64,000 bases of DNA from the human T2T-CHM13v2.0 reference genome, Homo sapiens: the NCBI RefSeq assembly GCF_009914755.1, contig NC_060926.1; one strand, given 5' to 3'. A program made the translations under genes and the position numbers. Under the pieces are notes generated by a model. The model saw only the letters and a list, made by a program, of their open reading frames with translations. It did no database searches and was not told the DNA's origin. Within the stretch, counting starts at the first letter, position 1, and every line of letters starts with the position of its first letter. Shown here piece by piece: positions 51,948-64,000 of the stretch.

Positions 51948-54900
51948 AGAAGCATTCTCAGAATCTTATTTGTGATGTGCGCCCTCAACTAACAGTGTTG
52001 AAGCTTTCTTTTGGTAGAGCAGTTTTGAAACACTCTTTTTGTAAAATCTGCAAGAGGATATTTGGATAGCTTTGAGGATTTCGTTGGAAACGGGATTGTC
52101 TTCATATAAACTCTAGACAGAAGCATTCTCAGAAGCATCATTGGGATGTTTCAATTGAAGTCACAGTGTTGAACAGTCCCTTTCATAGAGCAGGTTTGAA
52201 ACACTCTTTTTGTAGTATCTGGATGTGGACATTTGGAGCGCTTTCAGGCCTATGGTTTAAAAGGAAATATCTTCCCCTGAAAACTAGACAGAAGCATTCT
52301 CAGAAACTTATTTGTGATGTGCGCCCTCAACTAACAGTGTTGAAGCATTCTTTTGATAGAGCAGTGTTGAAACACTCTTTTTGTGGAATCTGCAAGTGGA
52401 TATTTGTCTAGCTTTGAGGATTTCGTTGGAAACGGGATTACATATAAAAAGCAGACAACAGCATTCCCAGAAACTTCTTTGTGATGTTTGCATTCAAGTC
52501 ACAGAGTTGAACATTCCCTTTTATAGAGCAGGTTTGAAACACTCTTTTTGTAGTATCTGGATGTGGACATTTGCAGCGCTTTCAGGCCTATGGTGAAAAA
52601 GGAAATATCTTCCCCTGAAAACTAGACAGAAGCATTCTCAGAAACTTATTTGTGATGTGCGCCCTCAACTAACAGTGTTGAACCTTTCTTTTGATAGAGC
52701 AGTTTTGAAACACTCTTTTTGTAATATCTGCAAGAGGATATTTGGATAGCTTTGAGGATTTCTTTGGAAACGGGATTGTCTTCATATAAACTCTAGACAG
52801 AAGCATTCTCAGAAGCTTCATTGGGATGTTTCAATTGAAGTCACAGTGTTGAACAGTCCCTTTCATAGAGCAGGTTTGAAACACTCTTTTTGTAGTATCT
52901 GGAAGTGGACATTTGGAGAGATCTCAGGAATACGGTGATAAAGGAAATATCTTCCAATAAAAGCTAGATAGAAGCAATGTCAGAAACTTTTTCATGATGT
53001 ATCTACTCAGCTAACAGAGTTGAACCTTTCTTTTGAGAGAGCAGTTTTGAAACACTCTTTTTGTGGAATCTGCAAGTGGATATTTGTCTAGCTTTGAGGA
53101 TTTCGTTGGAAACGGGATTACATATAAAAAGCAGACAGCAGCATTCCCAGTAACTTCTTTGTGGTGTTTGCATTCAAGTCACAGAGTTGAACATTCCCTT
53201 TCATAGAGCAGGTTTGAAACACTCTTTTTGTAGTATCTGGATGTGGACATTTGGAGCGCTTTCAGGCCTATGGTGAAAAAGGAAATATCTTCCCCTGAAA
53301 ACTAGACAGAAGCATTCTCAGAATCTTATTTTTGATGTGCGCCCTCAACTAACAGTGTTGAAGCTTTCTTTTGATAGAGCAGTTTTGAAACACTCTTTTT
53401 GTAAAATCTGCAAGAGGATATTTGGATAGCTTTGAGGATTTCGTTGGAAACGGGATTGTCTTCATATAAACTCTAGACAGAAGCATTCTCAGAAGCTTCA
53501 TTGGGATGTTTCAATTAAAGTCACAGTGTTGAACAGTCCCTTTCATAGAGCAGGTTTGAAACACTCTTTTTGTAGTATCTGGAAGTGGACATTTGGAGAG
53601 ATCTCAGGAATACGGTGATAAAGGAAATATCTTCCAATAAAAGCTAGATAGAAGCAATGTCAGAAACTTTTTCATGATGTATCTACTCAGCTAACAGAGT
53701 TGAACCTTTCTTTTGAGAGAGCAGTTTTGAAACACTCTTTTTGTGGAATCTGCAAGTGGATATTTGTCTAGCTTTGAGGATTTCGTTGGAAACGGGATTA
53801 CATATAAAAAGCAGACAGCAGCATTCCCAGTAACTTCTTTGTGATGTTTGCATTCAAGTCACAGAGTTGAACATTCCCTTTCATAGAGCAGGTTTGAAAC
53901 ACTTTTTTTGTAGTATCTGGATGTGTACATTTGGAGCGCTTTCAGGCCTATGGTGAAAAAGGAAATATCTTCCAATAAAAGCTACATAGAAGCAATGTCA
54001 GAAACTTTTTCATGATGTATCTACTCAGCTAACAGAGTTGAACCTTTCTTTTGAGAGAGCAGTTTTGAAACACTCTTTTTGTGGAATCTGGAAGTGGATA
54101 TTTGTCTAGCTTTGAGGATTTCGTTGGAAACGGGATTACATATAAAAAGCAGACAGCAGCATTCCCAGTAACTTCTTTGTGATGTTTGCATTCAAGTCAC
54201 AGAGTTGAACATTCCCTTTCATAGAGCAGGTTTGAAACACTCTTTTTGTAGTATCTGGATGTGGACATTTGGAGCGCTTTCAGGCCTATGGTGAAAAAGG
54301 AAATATCTTCCCAAGAAAACTAGACAAAAGCATTCTCAGAATCTTATTTGTGATGTGCGCCCTCAACTAACAGTGTTGAAGCTTTCTTTTGATAGAGCAG
54401 TTTTGAAACACTCTTTTCGTAAAATCTGCAAGAGGATATTTTGATAGCTTTGAGGATTACGTTGGAAACGGGATTGTCTTCATATAAACTCTAGACAGAA
54501 GCATTCTCAGAAGCTTCATTGGGATGTTTCAATTAAAGTCACAGTGTTGAACAGTCCCATTCATAGAGCAGGTTTGAAACACTCTTTTTGTAGTATCTGG
54601 AAGTGGACATTTGGAGCGCTCTCAGGACTGCGGTGAAAAAGGAAATATCTTCCAATAAAAGCTAGATAGAAGCAATGTCAGAAACTTTTTCATGATGTAT
54701 CTACTCAGCTAACAGAGATGAACCTTCCTTTGAGAGAGCAGTTTTGAAACACTCTTTTTGTGGAATCTGCAAGTGGATATTTGTCTAGCTTTGAGGATTT
54801 CGTTGGAAACGGGATTAATTATAAAAAGCAGACAGCAGCATTCCCAGAAACTTCTTTGTGTTGTTTGCATTCAAGTCACAGAGTTTAACATTCCCTTTCA

Positions 54901-57900
54901 TAGAGCAGGTTTGAAACACTCTTTTTGTAGTATCTGGATGTGGACATTTGCAGCGCTTTCAGGCCTAAGGTGAAAAAGGAAATATCTTCCCCTGAAAACT
55001 AGACAGAAGCATTCTCAGAAACTTATTTGTGATGTGCGCCCTCAACTAACAGTGTTGAAGCTTTCTTTTGATAGAGCAGTTTTGAAACACTCTTTTTGTA
55101 ATATCTGCAAGAGGATATTTGGATAGCTTTGAGGATTTCGTTGGAAACGGGATTGTCTTCATATATACTCTAGACAGAAGCATTCTCAGAAGCTACATTG
55201 GGATGTTTCAATTGAAGTTACAGTGTTGAACAGTCCCTTTCATAGAGCAGGTTTGAAACACTCTTTTTGTAGTATCTGGATGTGGACATTTGGAGCGCTA
55301 TCAGGCCTATGGTTTAAAAGGAAATATCTTCCCCTGAAAACTAGACAGAAGCATTCTCAGAAACTTATTTGTGATGTGCTCCCTCAACTAACAGTGTTGA
55401 AGCATTCTTTTGATAGAGCAGTTTTGAAACACTCTTTTTGTGGAATGTGCAAGTGGATATTTGTCTAGCTTTGAGGATTTCGTTGGAAACGGGATTACAT
55501 ATAAAAAGCAGACAGCAGCATTCCCAGAAACTTCTTTGTGATGTTTGCATTCACGTCACAGAGTTGAACATTCCCTTTCATAGAGCAGGTTTGAAACACT
55601 CTTTTTGTAGTATCTGGATGTGGACATTTGGAGCGCTTTCAGGCCTATGGTGAAAAAGGAAATATCTTCTCCTGAAAACTAGACAGAAGCATTCTCAGAA
55701 TCTTATTTGTGATGTGCGCCCTCAACTAACAGTGTTGAAGCTTTCTTTTGGTAGAGCAGTTTTGAAACACTCTTTTTGTAAAATCTGCAAGAGGATATTT
55801 GGATAGCTTTGAGGATTTCGTTGGAAACGGGATTGTCTTCATATAAACTCTAGACAGAAGCATTCTCAGAAGCATCATTGGGATGTTTCAATTGAAGTCA
55901 CAGTGTTGAACAGTCCCTTTCATAGAGCAGGTTTGAAACACTCTTTTTGTAGTATCTGGATGTGGACATTTGGAGCGCTTTCAGGCCTATGGTTTAAAAG
56001 GAAATATCTTCCCCTGAAAACTAGACAGAAGCATTCTCAGAAACTTATTTGTGATGTGCGCCCTCAACTAACAGTGTTGAAGCATTCTTTTGATAGAGCA
56101 GTGTTGAAACACTCTTTTTGTGGAATCTGCAAGTGGATATTTGTCTAGCTTTGAGGATTTCGTTGGAAACGGGATTACATATAAAAAGCAGACAGCAGCA
56201 TTCCCAGAAACTTCTTTGTGATGTTTGCATTCAAGTCACAGAGTTGAACATTCCCTTTTATAGAACAGGTTTGAAACACTCTTTTTGTAGTATCTGGATG
56301 TGGACATTTGGAGCGCTTTCAGGCCTATGGTGAAAAAGGAAATATCTTCCCCTGAAAACTAGACAGAAGCATTCTCAGAAAGTTATTTGTGATGTGCGCC
56401 CTCAACTAACAGTGTTGAACCTTTCTTTTGATAGAGCAGTTTTGAAACACTCTTTTTGTAATATCTGCAAGAGGATATTTGGATAGCTTTGAGGATTTCT
56501 TTGGAAACGGGATTGTCTTCATATAAACTCTAGACAGAAGCATTCTGAGAAGCTTCATTGGGATGTTTCAATTGAAGTCACAGTGTTGAACAGTCCCTTT
56601 CATAGAGCAGGTTTGAAACACTCTTTTTGTAGTATCTGGAAGTGGACATTTGGAGAGATCTCAGGAATACGGTGATAAAGGAAATATCTTCCAATAAAAG
56701 CTAGATAGAAGCAATGTCAGAAACTTTTTCATGATGTATCTACTCAGCTAACAGAGTTGAACCTTTCTTTTGAGAGAGCAGTTTTGAAACACTCTTTTTG
56801 TGGAATCTGCAAGTGGATATTTGTCTAGCTTTGAGGATTTCGTTGGAAACGGGATTACATATAAAAAGCAGACAGCAGCATTCCCAGTAACATCTTTGTG
56901 GTGTTTGCATTCAAGTCACAGAGTTGAACATTCCCTTTCATAGAGCAGGTTTGAAACACTCTTTTTGTAGTATCTGGATGTGGACATTTGGAGCGCTTTC
57001 AGGCCTATGGTGAAAAAGGAAATATCTTCCCCTGAAAACTAGACAGAAGCATTCTCAGAATCTTATTTTTGATGTGCGCCCTCAACTAACAGTGTTGAAG
57101 CTTTCTTTTGATAGAGCAGTTTTGAAACACTCTTTTTGTAAAATCTGCAAGAGGATATTTGGATAGCTTTGAGGATTTCGTTGGAAACGGGATTGTCTTC
57201 ATATAAACTCTAGACAGAAGCATTCTCAGAAGCTTCATTGGGATGTTTCAATTAAAGTCACAGTGTTGAACAGTCCCTTTCATAGAGCAGGTTTGAAACA
57301 CTCTTTTTGTAGTATCTGGAAGTGGACATTTGGAGAGATCTCAGGAATACGGTGATAAAGGAAATATCTTCCAATAAAAGCTAGATAGAAGCAATGTCAG
57401 AAACTTTTTCATGATGTATCTACTCAGCTAACAGAGTTGAACCTTTCTTTTGAGAGAGCAGTTTTGAAACACTCTTTTTGTGGAATCTGCAAGTGGATAT
57501 TTGTCTAGATTTGAGGATTTCGTTGGAAACGGGATTACATATAAAAAGCAGACAGCAGCATTCCCAGTAACTTCTTTGTGATGTTTGCATTCAAGTCACA
57601 GAGTTGAACATTCCCTTTCATAGAGCAGGTTTGAAACACTTTTTTTGTAGTATCTGGATGTGTACATTTGGAGCGCTTTCAGGCCTATGGTGAAAAAGGA
57701 AATATCTTCCAATAAAAGCTACATAGAAGCAATGTCAGAAACTTTTTCATGATGTATCTACTCAGCTAACAGAGTTGAACCTTTCTTTTGAGAGAGCAGT
57801 TTTGAAACACTCTTTTTGTGGAATCTGGAAGTGGATATTTGTCTAGCTTTGAGGATTTCGTTGGAAACGGGATTACATATAAAAAGCAGACAGCAGCATT

Positions 57901-60900
57901 CCCAGTAACTTCTTTGTGATGTTTGCATTCAAGTCACAGAGTTGAACATTCCCTTTCATAGAGCAGGTTTGAAACACTCTTTTTGTAGTATCTGGATGTG
58001 GACATTTGGAGCGCTTTCAGGCCTATGGTGAAAAAGGAAATATCTTCCCAAGAAAACTAGACAAAAGCATTCTCAGAATCTTATTTGTGATGTGCGCCCT
58101 CAACTAACAGTGTTGAAGCTTTCTTTTGATAGAGCAGTTTTGAAACACTCTTTTCGTAAAATCTGCAAGAGGATATTTTGATAGCTTTGAGGATTACGTT
58201 GGAAACGGGATTGTCTTCATATAAACTCTAGACAGAAGCATTCTCAGAAGCTTCATTGGGATGTTTCAATTAAAGTCACAGTGTTGAACAGTCCCATTCA
58301 TAGAGCAGGTTTGAAACACTCTTTTTGTAGTATCTGGAAGTGGACATTTGGAGAGATCTCAGGAATACGGTGATAAAGGAAATATCTTCCAATAAAAGCT
58401 AGATAGAAGCAATGTCAGAAACTTTTTCATGATGTATCTACTCAGCTAACAGAGTTGAACCTTTCTTTTGAGAGAGCAGTTTTGAAACACTCTTTTTGTG
58501 GAATCTGCAAGTGGATATTTGTCTAGCTTTGAGGATTTCGTTGGAAACGGGATTACATATAAAAAGCAGACAGCAGCATTCCCAGTAACTTCTTTGTGAT
58601 GTTTGCATTCAAGTCACAGAGTTGAACATTCCCTTTCATAGAGCAGGTTTGAAACACTTTTTTTGTAGTATCTGGATGTGTACATTTGGAGCGCTTTCAG
58701 GCCTATGGTGAAAAAGGAAATATCTTCCAATAAAAGCTACATAGAAGCAATGTCAGAAACTTTTTCATGATGTATCTACTCAGCTAACAGAGTTGAACCT
58801 TTCTTTTGAGAGAGCAGTTTTGAAACACTCTTTTTGTGGAATCTGGAAGTGGATATTTGTCTAGCTTTGAGGATTTCGTTGGAAACGGGATTACATATAA
58901 AAAGCAGACAGCAGCATTCCCAGTAACTTCTTTGTGATGTTTGCATTCAAGTCACAGAGTTGAACATTCCCTTTCATAGAGCAGGTTTGAAACACTCTTT
59001 TTGTAGTATCTGGATGTGGACATTTGGAGCGCTTTCAGGCCTATGGTGAAAAAGGAAATATCTTCCCAAGAAAACTAGACAAAAGCATTCTCAGAATCTT
59101 ATTTGTGATGTGCGCCCTCAACTAACAGTGTTGAAGCTTTCTTTTGATAGAGCAGTTTTGAAACACTCTTTTCGTAAAATCTGCAAGAGGATATTTTGAT
59201 AGCTTTGAGGATTACGTTGGAAACGGGATTGTCTTCATATAAACTCTAGACAGAAGCATTCTCAGAAGCTTCATTGGGATGTTTCAATTAAAGTCACAGT
59301 GTTGAACAGTCCCATTCATAGAGCAGGTTTGAAACACTCTTTTTGTAGTATCTGGAAGTGGACATTTGGAGCGCTCTCAGGACTGCGGTGAAAAAGGAAA
59401 TATCTTCCAATAAAAGCTAGATAGAAGCAATGTCAGAAACTTTTTCATGATGTATCTACTCAGCTAACAGAGATGAACCTTCCTTTGAGAGAGCAGTTTT
59501 GAAACACTCTTTTTGTGGAATCTGCAAGTGGATATTTGTCTAGCTTTGAGGATTTCGTTGGAAACGGGATTAATTATAAAAAGCAGACAGCAGCATTCCC
59601 AGAAACTTCTTTGTGTTGTTTGCATTCAAGTCACAGAGTTTAACATTCCCTTTCATAGAGCAGGTTTGAAACACTCTTTTTGTAGTATCTGGATGTGGAC
59701 ATTTGCAGCGCTTTCAGGCCTAAGGTGAAAAAGGAAATATCTTCCCCTGAAAACTAGACAGAAGCATTCTCAGAAACTTATTTGTGATGTGCGCCCTCAA
59801 CTAACAGTGTTGAAGCTTTCTTTTGATAGAGCAGTTTTGAAACACTCTTTTTGTAATATCTGCAAGAGGATATTTGGATAGCTTTGAGGATTTCGTTGGA
59901 AACGGGATTGTCTTCATATATACTCTAGACAGAAGCATTCTCAGAAGCTACATTGGGATGTTTCAATTGAAGTTACAGTGTTGAACAGTCCCTTTCATAG
60001 AGCAGGTTTGAAACACTCTTTTTGTAGTATCTGGATGTGGACATTTGGAGCGCTTTCAGGCCTATGGTTTAAAAGGAAATATCTTCCCCTGAAAACTAGA
60101 CAGAAGCATTCTCAGAAACTTATTTGTGATGTGCTCCCTCAACTAACAGTGTTGAAGCATTCTTTTGATAGAGCAGTTTTGAAACACTCTTTTTGTGGAA
60201 TGTGCAAGTGGATATTTGTCTAGCTTTGAGGATTTCGTTGGAAACGGGATTACATATAAAAAGCAGACAGCAGCATTCCCAGAAACTTCTTTGTGATGTT
60301 TGCATTCACGTCACAGAGTTGAACATTCCCTTTCATAGAGCAGGTTTGAAACACTCTTTTTGTAGTATCTGGATGTGGACATTTGGAGCGCTTTCAGGCC
60401 TATGGTGAAAAAGGAAATATCTTCTCCTGAAAACTAGACAGAAGCATTCTCAGAATCTTATTTGTGATGTGCGCCCTCAACTAACAGTGTTGAAGCTTTC
60501 TTTTGGTAGAGCAGTTTTGAAACACTCTTTTTGTAAAATCTGCAAGAGGATATTTGGATAGCTTTGAGGATTTCGTTGGAAACGGGATTGTCTTCATATA
60601 AACTCTAGACAGAAGCATTCTCAGAAGCATCATTGGGATGTTTCAATTGAAGTCACAGTGTTGAACAGTCCCTTTCATAGAGCAGGTTTGAAACACTCTT
60701 TTTGTAGTATCTGGATGTGGACATTTGGAGCGCTTTCAGGCCTATGGTTTAAAAGGAAATATCTTCCCCTGAAAACTAGACAGAAGCATTCTCAGAAACT
60801 TATTTGTGATGTGCGCCCTCAACTAACAGTGTTGAAGCATTCTTTTGATAGAGCAGTGTTGAAACACTCTTTTTGTGGAATCTGCAAGTGGATATTTGTC

Positions 60901-63900
60901 TAGCTTTGAGGATTTCGTTGGAAACGGGATTACATATAAAAAGCAGACAGCAGCATTCCCAGAAACTTCTTTGTGATGTTTGCATTCAAGTCACAGAGTT
61001 GAACATTCCCTTTTATAGAACAGGTTTGAAACACTCTTTTTGTAGTATCTGGATGTGGACATTTGGAGCGCTTTCAGGCCTATGGTGAAAAAGGAAATAT
61101 CTTCCCCTGAAAACTAGACAGAAGCATTCTCAGAAAGTTATTTGTGATGTGCGCCCTCAACTAACAGTGTTGAACCTTTCTTTTGATAGAGCAGTTTTGA
61201 AACACTCTTTTTGTAATATCTGCAAGAGGATATTTGGATAGCTTTGAGGATTTCTTTGGAAACGGGATTGTCTTCATATAAACTCTAGACAGAAGCATTC
61301 TGAGAAGCTTCATTGGGATGTTTCAATTGAAGTCACAGTGTTGAACAGTCCCTTTCATAGAGCAGGTTTGAAACACTCTTTTTGTAGTATCTGGAAGTGG
61401 ACATTTGGAGAGATCTCAGGAATACGGTGATAAAGGAAATATCTTCCAATAAAAGCTAGATAGAAGCAATGTCAGAAACTTTTTCATGATGTATCTACTC
61501 AGCTAACAGAGTTGAACCTTTCTTTTGAGAGAGCAGTTTTGAAACACTCTTTTTGTGGAATCTGCAAGTGGATATTTGTCTAGCTTTGAGGATTTCGTTG
61601 GAAACGGGATTACATATAAAAAGCAGACAGCAGCATTCCCAGTAACATCTTTGTGGTGTTTGCATTCAAGTCACAGAGTTGAACATTCCCTTTCATAGAG
61701 CAGGTTTGAAACACTCTTTTTGTAGTATCTGGATGTGGACATTTGGAGCGCTTTCAGGCCTATGGTGAAAAAGGAAATATCTTCCCCTGAAAACTAGACA
61801 GAAGCATTCTCAGAATCTTATTTTTGATGTGCGCCCTCAACTAACAGTGTTGAAGCTTTCTTTTGATAGAGCAGTTTTGAAACACTCTTTTTGTAAAATC
61901 TGCAAGAGGATATTTGGATAGCTTTGAGGATTTCGTTGGAAACGGGATTGTCTTCATATAAACTCTAGACAGAAGCATTCTCAGAAGCTTCATTGGGATG
62001 TTTCAATTAAAGTCACAGTGTTGAACAGTCCCTTTCATAGAGCAGGTTTGAAACACTCTTTTTGTAGTATCTGGAAGTGGACATTTGGAGAGATCTCAGG
62101 AATACGGTGATAAAGGAAATATCTTCCAATAAAAGCTAGATAGAAGCAATGTCAGAAACTTTTTCATGATGTATCTACTCAGCTAACAGAGTTGAACCTT
62201 TCTTTTGAGAGAGCAGTTTTGAAACACTCTTTTTGTGGAATCTGCAAGTGGATATTTGTCTAGATTTGAGGATTTCGTTGGAAACGGGATTACATATAAA
62301 AAGCAGACAGCAGCATTCCCAGTAACTTCTTTGTGATGTTTGCATTCAAGTCACAGAGTTGAACATTCCCTTTCATAGAGCAGGTTTGAAACACTTTTTT
62401 TGTAGTATCTGGATGTGTACATTTGGAGCGCTTTCAGGCCTATGGTGAAAAAGGAAATATCTTCCAATAAAAGCTACATAGAAGCAATGTCAGAAACTTT
62501 TTCATGATGTATCTACTCAGCTAACAGAGTTGAACCTTTCTTTTGAGAGAGCAGTTTTGAAACACTCTTTTTGTGGAATCTGGAAGTGGATATTTGTCTA
62601 GCTTTGAGGATTTCGTTGGAAACGGGATTACATATAAAAAGCAGACAGCAGCATTCCCAGTAACTTCTTTGTGATGTTTGCATTCAAGTCACAGAGTTGA
62701 ACATTCCCTTTCATAGAGCAGGTTTGAAACACTCTTTTTGTAGTATCTGGATGTGGACATTTGGAGCGCTTTCAGGCCTATGGTGAAAAAGGAAATATCT
62801 TCCCAAGAAAACTAGACAAAAGCATTCTCAGAATCTTATTTGTGATGTGCGCCCTCAACTAACAGTGTTGAAGCTTTCTTTTGATAGAGCAGTTTTGAAA
62901 CACTCTTTTCGTAAAATCTGCAAGAGGATATTTTGATAGCTTTGAGGATTACGTTGGAAACGGGATTGTCTTCATATAAACTCTAGACAGAAGCATTCTC
63001 AGAAGCTTCATTGGGATGTTTCAATTAAAGTCACAGTGTTGAACAGTCCCATTCATAGAGCAGGTTTGAAACACTCTTTTTGTAGTATCTGGAAGTGGAC
63101 ATTTGGAGCGCTCTCAGGACTGCGGTGAAAAAGGAAATATCTTCCAATAAAAGCTAGATAGAAGCAATGTCAGAAACTTTTTCATGATGTATCTACTCAG
63201 CTAACAGAGATGAACCTTCCTTTGAGAGAGCAGTTTTGAAACACTCTTTTTGTGGAATCTGCAAGTGGATATTTGTTTGCTTTGAGGATTTCGTTGGAAA
63301 CGGGATTAATTATAAAAAGCAGACAGCAGCATTCCCAGAAACTTCTTTGTGTTGTTTGCATTCAAGTCACAGAGTTTAACATTCCCTTTCATAGAGCAGG
63401 TTTGAAACACTCTTTTTGTAGTATCTGGATGTGGACATTTGCAGCGCTTTCAGGCCTAAGGTGAAAAAGGAAATATCTTCCCCTGAAAACTAGACAGAAG
63501 CATTCTCAGAAACTTATTTGTGATGTGCGCCCTCAACTAACAGTGTTGAAGCTTTCTTTTGATAGAGCAGTTTTGAAACACTCTTTTTGTAATATCTGCA
63601 AGAGGATATTTGGATAGCTTTGAGGATTTCGTTGGAAACGGGATTGTCTTCATATATACTCTAGACAGAAGCATTCTCAGAAGCTACATTGGGATGTTTC
63701 AATTGAAGTTACAGTGTTGAACAGTCCCTTTCATAGAGCAGGTTTGAAACACTCTTTTTGTAGTATCTGGATGTGGACATTTGGAGCGCTTTCAGGCCTA
63801 TGGTTTAAAAGGAAATATCTTCCCCTGAAAACTAGACAGAAGCATTCTCAGAAACTTATTTGTGATGTGCTCCCTCAACTAACAGTGTTGAAGCATTCTT

Positions 63901-64000
63901 TTGATAGAGCAGTTTTGAAACACTCTTTTTGTGGAATGTGCAAGTGGATATTTGTCTAGCTTTGAGGATTTCGTTGGAAACGGGATTACATATAAAAAGC
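51948..64000 (+). repeat. Tandem amplification of a 3737 bp (22-mer) unit, about 3 copies; the middle copy is 4755 bp because of a 1018 bp internal duplication
   Basis: Unit starts at 51948, 55685 and 60440. SNVs ATATATACTCTAG and GAAGCTACATTGG are shared at ~55.2, ~59.9 and ~63.7 kb. Confidence 0.9.

Larger units (their letters stand above)
1..64000 (+). repeat. Centromeric alpha-satellite HOR array, dimeric SF2 type with a 680 bp 4-mer base unit; most likely human chr2 D2Z1 (S2C2H1L)
   Basis: Continuous ~170 bp tandem monomers with alphoid motifs (AGAAGCATTCTCAGAAACTT, TTTGAAACACTCTTTTTGT) and a CENP-B box in every second monomer. The period is 680 bp (XbaI TCTAGA at 182 and 862; boxes at 149 and 829). 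Alpha satellite is certain. D2Z1 is inferred from the known 680 bp XbaI 4-mer (about 0.8 confidence; the related SF2 arrays D18Z1 and D20Z2 are not excluded without alignment). Confidence 0.98.

Noticed and set aside
451-63959. About 130 short ORFs of 60-81 aa (MWNLQVD..., MESASGY..., MLNSPF..., MQTSQ...)
   Set aside because: They are translations of satellite monomers, most plus-strand ones starting at TTG/GTG. They recur with the repeat period and appear or vanish with single SNVs such as CAGAAA>CAGTAA. There is no gene structure. I used them only as positional markers.
1-64000. CRISPR-like array of regularly spaced repeats
   Set aside because: The sequence between conserved motifs is itself repeated, so there are no unique spacers. 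There are no cas genes, and the period is 170/340/680 bp.
1-64000. L1/Alu insertion, inversion or non-satellite island
   Set aside because: I saw no poly-A tails, target-site duplications or GC-rich Alu sequence. All CENP-B boxes read on the same strand and the monomer phase is unbroken.
1-64000. Assignment to D18Z1 or D20Z2 (related SF2 arrays)
   Set aside because: Those arrays have longer fixed HORs of distinct monomers. Here only four monomer types plus hybrids occur, with a 680 bp base period. This is not formally excluded without alignment.

Overview
The whole 64 kb window is one uninterrupted, single-orientation array of primate centromeric alpha-satellite DNA. I found no genes, RNA genes, mobile elements or unique sequence. 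Monomers (~171 bp) alternate between CENP-B-box-carrying and pJ-alpha-type (the dimeric SF2 pattern). The base higher-order repeat (HOR) is a 680 bp 4-mer, labelled here P171-Q171-R167-S171, with one XbaI site, which best fits human chromosome 2 D2Z1 (S2C2H1L). All listed ORFs are translation artefacts of the repeat. I did not find a new gene-based system. What is interesting is structural: recurrent hybrid-monomer HOR variants, nested tandem amplifications at about 1.0, 2.4, 3.7, 7-10 and 16.6 kb traceable by shared SNVs, and about 31 core-disrupted CENP-B boxes that all fall in one of the two box-bearing monomers. Counts were made by eye and need computational confirmation.
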